In this document: positions 52,806 to 60,737 of the stretch, in pieces
How positions within the stretch are numbered: position 1 is the stretch's first letter
Layout of the letters: each line of letters opens with the position of its first letter
DNA from: Candidatus Marinacidobacterales bacterium
Lineage (GTDB): Bacteria; Acidobacteriota; Vicinamibacteria; Marinacidobacterales; SMYC01
Direction of reading: 5' to 3'
DNA length: 64,000 nucleotides
NCBI GenBank assembly: GCA_965224085.1
Contig: CBDCYI010000011.1
Coordinates: 1,248,001-1,312,000 of the forward strand
Position numbers and translations under genes: made by a program
The notes under the pieces: generated by a model
Told to the model about the DNA's origin: nothing
The model's input: the letters and a program-made list of their open reading frames with translations, nothing else
Database searches by the model: none

Positions 52806-53576
52806 CGTTGGGCCGAGGACAAGCTTGGTGTCCCCGTCATCGACCACTGGTGGCAAACCGAGTCGGGCTGGCCGATGGTGGCAAACTGTCTCGGCATGGG
52901 CCCCCATTCCGTCAAGGCGGGCTCACCAACGAAACCGGTGCCCGGGTACGACGTGCGCGTTCTCGATGACGGCGGACGCGCGCTCAGCGATGGCGAGATG
53001 GGGAATCTCGTCGTCAAGCTACCCCTCCCACCCGGATGCCTACCAACCCTGTGGAACCATGACGCGGCGTTTCAAGAGAAGTACACGGATCCCTTTCCCG
53101 GCTACTACCTCACCGCCGATGCCGGCTACCGGGACGAAGACGGCTATTGGTGGATCATGAGTCGCACCGACGACGTTATCAACGTCGCGGGGCACCGCTT
53201 GTCAACGGGACAAATCGAGGAAGTGCTCGCCTCCCACGAGGACGTCGCGGAATGCGCGGTGCTCGGGGTCGCGGACGATCTGAAGGGCCAGCTCCCTTTG
53301 GGCATCGTCGTGCTCAAAGCAGGCGTCTCCCGGAGTGAAGAGGCCATCGTACCCGAGCTCGTCGCCCTCGTCCGCAACGCCATCGGCCCGGTCGCCGCGT
53401 TCAAACAGGCCGCGGTCGTCGCGAGACTTCCCAAAACGCGATCGGGAAAAGTGCTCCGGGGCACCGTGCAAAAAATGGCGGATGGCGACGACTACAAGAT
53501 GCCCGCGACGATCGACGACCCAAAAATCCTAGACGAGATCCGGCAGGATCTCGACAGGCTCGGCTACCCGAAATAG
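52806..53576 (+). pseudogene. prpE: Propionyl-CoA synthetase C-terminal remnant, cut at the IS1595 end
   Basis: LGVPVIDHWWQTESGW, KLPLPPG, RTDDVINVAGHRLSTG, LPKTRSGK, PATIDDP. Confidence 0.85.
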
Positions 53577-53589
53577 CTTGGTTTTTGCA

Positions 53590-54348
53590 TCACACGCCGA
53601 GAAATTTGGGCTTTCGCCCCTCCCGGAACGCCGCAATACCTTCTTTCGCATCCCGGCTCGCGAAGATCATCTCGGGACCTCGGCGCCACAAAGCCGCCGT
53701 CTCGACCGGCCCTTTCGGCATCACTTCATGCGCGTAGCGCTTCATCATCGCAAGAACGAGCGGGGCGTTGTCGACGATACGCTCAGCGTAAGCGGTCGCG
53801 GCGCTCATGAGCTCGGCCCGCGGCACGACGCGATTGACGAGACCGATTTCGTACGCACGCTGCGCTGAGATCGGATCTCCGGTCAACATCAGCTCCATCG
53901 CCACTTTGTGAGGTATTCGAGCCGCGAGCGAGCTTGCCGCACCGATGGCCAGGCCGACTTTCGCTTCGGAGAAAGCGAACTGTGTATCGTTGGCTGCGAC
54001 ACAGAGGTCGGAGAACTGGACGAGACCGAGACCCCCGCCCAGGCAATGACCGAAGACCGCGGCGATGATGGGCTTTTCCACGTCGACGATGTGACCCGGG
54101 ATCGCGCGCCAGACATCGAGCGAGGGACCGTTCAAGTCCGCGCCGACGCAAAAGGCCCGCTCCCCTGCCGCCGTGATGATAGCGACGCGGTCGTCGCTGT
54201 TGTTGAAACGTCGCCAAGTCGCCTCGAGCGCCCCCCACATATCGTCGTTCATCGCGTTGAGCTTTTCGGGGCGATTGAGAGTGATGGTGGCGATGCTGTC
54301 TTTGGATTCGTAAAGCACCACGTTCGTTGACAAGGCTACCTCCGCCAA
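53590..54348 (-). CDS. Enoyl-CoA hydratase/isomerase
   Basis: LNRPEKLNAM, AFCVGADL, KPIIAAVFGHCLGGG. Confidence 0.9.
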   Translation of the reverse strand: MAEVALSTNVVLYESKDSIATITLNRPEKLNAMNDDMWGALEATWRRFNNSDDRVAIITAAGERAFCVGADLNGPSLDVWRAIPGHIVDVEKPIIAAVFGHCLGGGLGLVQFSDLCVAANDTQFAFSEAKVGLAIGAASSLAARIPHKVAMELMLTGDPISAQRAYEIGLVNRVVPRAELMSAATAYAERIVDNAPLVLAMMKRYAHEVMPKGPVETAALWRRGPEMIFASRDAKEGIAAFREGRKPKFLGV

Positions 54349-54466
54349 TCGGATTCCACGCCCATGATACTCTTCGGAGCACGAATCGCGGAAGCGTCAC
54401 GACCGGGAGACTCTTAGGACCAAGCTCCGGTACGGTCGAACGACGTTAGGCAAACAGAGGCAGATC

Positions 54467-56488
54467 ATGAAGAGACTTTTCCTCCTTTTGGTGCTGGCCG
54501 CCCTGTCGCAGCACGCCTGGGCCAAGGTGGTCCGTTTCGACATCGAGCACCGCGAAGACATCCTCGCCGGCCACACCTTCGGTTTGGCCGGTGCCTATGA
54601 AAAGATCGCGGGTACCGTGTATCTCGCGGTGGATCCCACACTCGAGCCGAACTTAATTGTCACGGACATCACAAAAGCCCCGACCAATGATGACGGCCTC
54701 GTGGAGTTCTCCGCCGAGTTCTATATCGTCAAGCCCAAGCTCGCCGGCCGCGGCAACGGGTCTCTTCTGCTCGAAGTCGGGAATCGGGGTGGCAAAGGGC
54801 TGTTGTCCTTTTTCAACTTCGGAGAACGAAGCTTGGACCCAGAGACAAAAGCGCACTTCGGCGACGGCTTCTTGCTGCGTGAGGGCTTCACCCTTCTGTG
54901 GGTCGGCTGGCAGTGGGACACGCCCGAGATCGAGGGACGGATGCGGATGTTCCCATCGGTCGCGACCGAGGACGGCAAGCCCATCCGCGGGATCGTGCGC
55001 AGCGATTTCGTGCCGCGCGAGCCCAAATCCGATCACTCGCTTGCCGACCGCAATCACATCGCGTATCCGGTTGCAGACCCCGATACGCCCGAGAACGTGC
55101 TCACGGTGCGCGACGACGTCGAAGCGAAGCGATACATCGTGCCACGCTCGAAGTGGGGATTTGGAAGGATTGCGAACGGAGAGGTTGTCAACGATCCGCG
55201 CCGCGTTTATCTCGAAGGTGGCTTCGAGCCTTTTAAGATCTACGAGGTTGTCTATGTCTCCGAGAACCCGCCACTCGTTGGGCTCGGCCCGGCAGCTATC
55301 CGCGACGTCACGTCGCACCTCAAATATCAAGGCGATCCCGATCTCGGGATCTCGACCGAATCCGTCGAACGTGCTCTCGCATTTGGCATCTCGCAAAGCG
55401 GACGCTTCCTGAGAACGTTTCTCTATTACGGCTTCAACGAGGACGAGCGCCAACGCCGTGTTTTCGACGGGGTCTTCGCGCACGTGGCCGGCGGCGGCCG
55501 CGGGAGCTTCAACCACCGCTTCGCTCAGGCGTCGCGCGATGCACATCCCTACATCAACTTCTTTCATCCGACCGACATCTTCCCCTTCACCGACATGGAG
55601 CAAGTCGACTTCAAGACAGGTATGAATGACGGCCTGCTCGTCTACCAAAAAACTCAGTTCTTGCCGAAGGTCTTCTATACAAACTCGTCTTACGAATATT
55701 GGGGCCGGGCCGCTTCGCTCATTCACACCAGCATCGATGCCCAGGAAGACGCGAACCTTCTCGACCAGGTCCGCATCTACCATTTTTCCGGAAGCCAACA
55801 CGGCCCGTCGCGCTTTCCACCGAGAAGGACGATCGGCCATCAAACAAGCAATCCGATGGACTTTCGCTTCTCGATGCGGGCCCTCTTGGTGGCCATGGAA
55901 CGGTGGACGCGCGAAGGCGATGCTTCGAAGGAGCCACCCGCGAGCCGCTACGGCCACGTCGAAGGCGGAACGCTCGTCTCTCCCGAGAAGCTCGATTTTC
56001 CGGACCTACCTGGCATCGATAGCCGCACGCGCATCCACAAAGCTTATCGCGCGGATTACGGCGACAAGTTTCGGAGCGAAGGTATCATCACTCAGGAACC
56101 GCCGGTGATCGACGGGGCTTACCCTATGATGGTCCCCGCCGTGGACGCGGATGGGAACGAGATCGCCGGCATTGAGATGCCCGAGCACGTGGTGCCGCTC
56201 GCAACCTATACGGGCTGGAACCTCTTCAACGAGGAATCGGGCCCCACTCACGTTCTCTCGAGCATGCAAGGCTCGTTCATACCTTTCGCTAAGACCGAGG
56301 CGGAGCGCAAGAAGACGGGCGACCCGCGGCCATCGATCGAAGAGCGCTATTCGAGCCGCGAGCACTATCTCGGGCTCGTCGCGCAAGCCGCTCTCGAGCT
56401 TATCGACGCCGGCTATCTGCTCGGCCACGATCTACCAGCCATGTTGAAACAGGCCGGAGAACATTGGGACTACATCACCCGTCCTTGA
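54467..56488 (+). CDS. Secreted alpha/beta-hydrolase-domain protein
   Basis: Signal peptide, VGNRGGK, GISQSGRFLR, EYWGRAASL, DADGN, ATYTGWN. Confidence 0.85.
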   Translation: MKRLFLLLVLAALSQHAWAKVVRFDIEHREDILAGHTFGLAGAYEKIAGTVYLAVDPTLEPNLIVTDITKAPTNDDGLVEFSAEFYIVKPKLAGRGNGSLLLEVGNRGGKGLLSFFNFGERSLDPETKAHFGDGFLLREGFTLLWVGWQWDTPEIEGRMRMFPSVATEDGKPIRGIVRSDFVPREPKSDHSLADRNHIAYPVADPDTPENVLTVRDDVEAKRYIVPRSKWGFGRIANGEVVNDPRRVYLEGGFEPFKIYEVVYVSENPPLVGLGPAAIRDVTSHLKYQGDPDLGISTESVERALAFGISQSGRFLRTFLYYGFNEDERQRRVFDGVFAHVAGGGRGSFNHRFAQASRDAHPYINFFHPTDIFPFTDMEQVDFKTGMNDGLLVYQKTQFLPKVFYTNSSYEYWGRAASLIHTSIDAQEDANLLDQVRIYHFSGSQHGPSRFPPRRTIGHQTSNPMDFRFSMRALLVAMERWTREGDASKEPPASRYGHVEGGTLVSPEKLDFPDLPGIDSRTRIHKAYRADYGDKFRSEGIITQEPPVIDGAYPMMVPAVDADGNEIAGIEMPEHVVPLATYTGWNLFNEESGPTHVLSSMQGSFIPFAKTEAERKKTGDPRPSIEERYSSREHYLGLVAQAALELIDAGYLLGHDLPAMLKQAGEHWDYITRP

Positions 56489-57818
56489 AGAACTCGCGGA
56501 TGAGCTTGCGCAAGAGCGCCGCCGAGCCGAGGATCGCCACGAGGTTCGGGACCGCCATCAGCGCGTTCAAAGTGTCCGAGATCTGCCAGACGAGTTGGAG
56601 GCTGCCGGTCGCGCCGAACCAAACGGCGCCCACCCACGCGATCCGGTACGGCAGCACCGCGCGATCGCCGAAAAGATAGACCGCGCCCGTCTCACCGTAG
56701 AACGACCAGCCCACCAACGTGGAGAATGCAAACGTGAGGACACCGACGGTGACGACCACATCGCCCCAAACACCCGGCAAGCCGAGCTCGAAACCTTTGG
56801 CAGACATCGCGGCGCCGGTGAGCTCGAGCTCCCAGGCGCCCGTGGTCAAGAGCACGAGTCCCGTCATCACGCAGACGACGAACGTGTCGATGAAGACTTC
56901 GAAGATTCCATAGAGTGCTTGGCGCACGGGGTGATCTGTCACGGCAGCCGCGTGCACGATGGGCGCGCTCCCGAGACCCGCTTCGTTGGTGAACAAGCCC
57001 CGTGCAATCCCAAGCCGCACAGCCTGCATCACAGTGGCACCGGCAAAACCGCCCACCGCCGCCGAACCGTTGAAAGCACCGTCGATCACGAGGCTCACCG
57101 CGCGCGGGATCTCGCCGAAGTTCGAAAGCAGGATCACCCCGGCGCCGATGATATACGCGATACACATGAACGGTACGAGATACTGCGTCACCTCTACGAT
57201 GCGCCGAAGGCCTCCGAGCACGACGAGCGCCACGAGCGCCATCAAGATGACACCGGTGACGTGCACATCGAGGCCGAAGCTCGCATCTACGGCATCCGCA
57301 ACCGAGTTCGCTTGAACCATGTTGCCGATGCCAAACGCGGCGAGGCTCGTCAGAAGCGCAAAGATGGAGCCGAGCCATGGAAGGCCGAGACCGTTCTTCA
57401 AGATGTACATCGCGCCGCCACGCATCGTGCCTTGGGCGTCTTTCTCACGATAGTGAAGTGCGACGGCGATTTCGCAAAACTTTGTGCACATGCCGAAAAG
57501 GCCCGACACGAGCAACCAGAACAAAGCTCCCGGGCCACCGAGATGGATCGCGGTCGCGACCCCCGCGATGTTGCCGACCCCGACCGTGCTCGCGAGCGCT
57601 GTGGCGACCGCCTGGAAGGGACTGACCGTTCCCGTGCCTGCCCCTTTCGTCCAAAGCGTTCCCAAGACTTCGCGGAACGCGAATCCGAATCGACGAAACT
57701 GAATGCCTCCGGTCCAAATCGTCAGAAAGAGCCCCGTGCTCATCAAGGCGATGATGAGAGGAGTGCCCCAGACCAAAGCGTTGATTTGATTGTGAATCTC
57801 GATGAGGCCGTCTATCAT
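56475..57818 (-). CDS. Na+/alanine-glycine symporter (AGCS family)
   Basis: TVGVGNIAGVA, GGPGALFW, RGLFTNEAGLGSA, VFIDT. Confidence 0.92.
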   Translation of the reverse strand: MIDGLIEIHNQINALVWGTPLIIALMSTGLFLTIWTGGIQFRRFGFAFREVLGTLWTKGAGTGTVSPFQAVATALASTVGVGNIAGVATAIHLGGPGALFWLLVSGLFGMCTKFCEIAVALHYREKDAQGTMRGGAMYILKNGLGLPWLGSIFALLTSLAAFGIGNMVQANSVADAVDASFGLDVHVTGVILMALVALVVLGGLRRIVEVTQYLVPFMCIAYIIGAGVILLSNFGEIPRAVSLVIDGAFNGSAAVGGFAGATVMQAVRLGIARGLFTNEAGLGSAPIVHAAAVTDHPVRQALYGIFEVFIDTFVVCVMTGLVLLTTGAWELELTGAAMSAKGFELGLPGVWGDVVVTVGVLTFAFSTLVGWSFYGETGAVYLFGDRAVLPYRIAWVGAVWFGATGSLQLVWQISDTLNALMAVPNLVAILGSAALLRKLIREFFKDG

Positions 57819-57868
57819 GGCGAGCCGATGCTACACGAAAGATGCGTGATTACCAACGCCAAGCGGGG

Positions 57869-58216
57869 CTACGGGATCGGTTCGATGGGCGGAGGTGCTT
57901 GCCGTCCCTCGTCCAGAAGAAACGGCATCGGGATCGGAGCGTCATCGATCGCCGCCTGGACAAGGATCCCCGAGACGCGTCCGTAGCGAGCCTCCTCCAG
58001 AACTTCGGCCGATCGGACGGCGTCTCGAGACCAAAGCACAACGACGCAATCTGCCGCATTCAGGGCCTCGCGCAGGGCGTGCGTCGTGATGACGTTCGGC
58101 TCAGCGAAGCGCTCCCACGAAACCGGCCAGCCCTTTTGCTCGATTGCCTGGACGACCTGCCGCGCAGTGTCGCTATCTTCGAGCGAGTAGCTCAAGAATA
58201 TTTGTTGTCCCGTCAT
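57869..58216 (-). CDS. Stand-alone TIR (TIR_2) domain protein
   Basis: IFLSYS..D, CVVVLWS..AVRS..VLEEA, PIPMPF. Confidence 0.75.
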   Translation of the reverse strand: MTGQQIFLSYSLEDSDTARQVVQAIEQKGWPVSWERFAEPNVITTHALREALNAADCVVVLWSRDAVRSAEVLEEARYGRVSGILVQAAIDDAPIPMPFLLDEGRQAPPPIEPIP

Positions 58217-58364
58217 GGTCGAAGATGATAGCTCAGCTCATCGCCATTCGGCTATCGACGCGCATCTGCGCATTCTCCGCAGATCTAGCGCGGGACTCAG
58301 GAATTAGTAGTTCAGAGGCGAAACGCTCGAGCTCGATTCGAGCTGAATACGAAGCCTTGACGAA

Positions 58365-58733
58365 CTACTTCTCTTGTAGCTTCGCGTTCGCTTTGGCGAG
58401 GTTTTCTTGGCTCTCGAAATAGTAGACGCGGTTATAGGCGTCGGCGGCGATGATGGCTGTGGCTTTGTCCACTTTCGTGCCGCTGACGGGGTCGATGCCG
58501 ACGCGCAGTTGCTCGTTGTTCTCGAGACGGGCTTTGCACATCTCGCAGCAGCCGTAATAGGTCTTGCCTTCGACGTCCACGCGTACTTGCTCCTTGTCGT
58601 AGGCCGCATCGTTGACCATGCAGACATACTCGGCTTCCACGACTTCGAGAGCGTTGTCGGCCGAGACAATAGGAGCTAGCAACGCGAGCACAAAAACAAG
58701 GCAAAGACTCTTTTTCAGCATCGTCAACAACAC
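58365..58733 (-). CDS. Secreted YHS/TRASH metal-binding protein
   Basis: VCMVND, TYYGCCEMC, DPVSG, VYYFES. Confidence 0.8.
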   Translation of the reverse strand: MLLTMLKKSLCLVFVLALLAPIVSADNALEVVEAEYVCMVNDAAYDKEQVRVDVEGKTYYGCCEMCKARLENNEQLRVGIDPVSGTKVDKATAIIAADAYNRVYYFESQENLAKANAKLQEK

Positions 58734-58763
58734 CTCACCGCTATTATAACAAAATTGGGGCTT

Positions 58764-58935
58764 TCAGGAATCCCGAAGCGCTACGAGCGGGTCGATGCGG
58801 GTTGCCCGCAATCCCGGGAGCAAACAAGCCCCAAACGCCACGCCGCCGAGCGCGACGCTAATCCCAACGAGGGTCCACGGGTCGGACGGTGCCACTCCGT
58901 AGAGCATTCCCTCCAGAAACAGAGTCAACCTGCTC
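58764..58935 (-). pseudogene. Third ADOP permease tail remnant
   Basis: MLYGVAPSDPWTL...ACLLPGLRATRIDPLVALRDS*. Confidence 0.75.
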
Positions 58936-59038
58936 TCTAGATTTTTCAGGATCTCCTATGGCGGCTTTGCGTACTGTCCTCTTTTGAGCTCCCTTTCGAG
59001 CACACAGAAGATATGCCGTTCGACGAGCTCTCGGAACG

Positions 59039-60091
59039 TCAGCCGCCCTCGACGCCTTGGACCGCCTGGATGAGCTCTCGCGCGTCGCCGGCTCTTCTTC
59101 CGTCGATGCGCTCGACTTCACGAAGTGCCTCGAGCGCGCGGTCAGGATCTCTTTTCATTAGCTCGGCCTTGCCCAGGAGCCAGAACGCATCCTCGCGGAG
59201 CCTCGTGCTTTGGCCGGATTCCGTCACGATTCGAAGGTGCTCGATAGCACGGTTGAGCCGTGGTTCGCTGTAGGCGAGGACACGGCCAAAGATCTCCGTC
59301 TTCGCTTCGAAGAGCCAAGCGGAACCCGAGAGGTAGTGAGCATAAGTGACGAGACCGGCGTCCGACTCGCCGGCGCTGAATCGCTCGAGAAGCGTTAGCG
59401 CTTCCGAGTAACGACCTTCGTTCATGAGTGATATCCCTTCAGTCAGCGTGCTACCGGAATCTCGTGTCAGAAAACTCGTTTCCGTTGCCTCCACGAAAGC
59501 TAGTTGGTGGTACGGGTTCCGAAGCTACGGTCCCATCCACAAAAAGACGACGAGAAGACAACCGAGGGCCACGCCAGCAGTGGGATAGGGAGGGGTTGAG
59601 ATCAGGGCGTTCTTCGCTCGTATCCAAACTCGTTCGAGCGCTCGTTCGAGCTCGTGGCGAACGGAGACCCTCGAGGGAGGTAGTTTGATGAGCGGTACTG
59701 GCGGGACGCCGGCTTCGGTCAAAAAAATGTCAACTTCGCGATACTGCTCGATGATGCTATCGACCGCCAACCGGCAACGTGGGCACGCACCGACGTGGCC
59801 CTCGATCTGTTGAACTTCGAGGCCGGACAGCCGAGTCTGGTCATAGTCCGCCTCCGTCGGCGCGGCGCGATGAATCGCGAATCGGGTGAGCCGCTCTCCG
59901 TCGACGTGTAGCGGAGCCTCGAAGTTCCGCAGGGCCACCATCAGGGCCCGATATTCCGCGAGCTTCGCTCGACAGCTCTGACACGTCTCTGCATGGCGCT
60001 CGAGATCGATACGCGTTTCGTCACGGAGGTCAGGAAAATCGGTGAGCCGGGCATCGATGGCGTCGCAGGGACTCATCTTGTTGTGTGCCAT
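59039..60091 (-). pseudogene. Anti-sigma factor (two zf-HC2-like motifs, TM, TPR tail) with an in-frame TAG at 59525
   Basis: HAETCQSC and HVGACPRC; TM segment; MGP*LRNPYHQLAFVEAT continues in frame into the TPR ORF 59039..59494. Confidence 0.8.
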
Positions 60092-60092
60092 T

Positions 60093-60677
60093 TCAGCCCA
60101 GCCCGCTCCGGGTCGACTCGAGCAACCATTTCAGTAGTAATGTCGTTGAGAAAGTGAGAATGGTCACATCGAGAGCCGAACGAAGTTTGGCGAGGTTCCG
60201 CTTGACCTGCATCTTCACTCCGCTCACACTCAGGTCGGTCTTTGCCGAGATTTCCTCGTACTTGTAGCCATCGGCTCGCATGAGCAGGATGCGACGACTC
60301 TGCTCCGGCAGTTGTTCGAGCGCCTTGTGCAGGTCCAATCGGCGCAGGATCGCCTCGGCCGGATCCTCGCCGGATGTCACCTCGTCTACCTCCAGCGATT
60401 CTTCCGGGTGTCGATACTTCTTTCTCAAGTAATCCTGGGTCACGTGGACGGCAATCTTGATGATGAAGCCCCGTAGGCTCATGCGCTCACGGAGGAACCG
60501 TATGAAGGTCTCCTGACAGAGCTCTTCGACGACGTCGGGGTTTTGGAACCGGCGCCAGAAGTACTTCCGGATGGGCGGGTCCAGCTCGCGGCAGAGCGCG
60601 TTCAGAGCGGCGTCGTCACCCGCGGAGGCTTTTTTAAGAAGCTCCGCAAGGAGACGCGCGGTTCGATCTTCGGCCAT
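60093..60677 (-). CDS. ECF sigma-70 factor
   Basis: EELCQETF region 2; ALEQLP...GYKYEEIS...SVSGVK region 4. Confidence 0.9.
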   Translation of the reverse strand: MAEDRTARLLAELLKKASAGDDAALNALCRELDPPIRKYFWRRFQNPDVVEELCQETFIRFLRERMSLRGFIIKIAVHVTQDYLRKKYRHPEESLEVDEVTSGEDPAEAILRRLDLHKALEQLPEQSRRILLMRADGYKYEEISAKTDLSVSGVKMQVKRNLAKLRSALDVTILTFSTTLLLKWLLESTRSGLG

Positions 60678-60737
60678 TGCGATGGGACCCCGATGCTAAT
60701 GAGCCCGCACCCATTGTGTTCGGTTAGCAAGAACATA

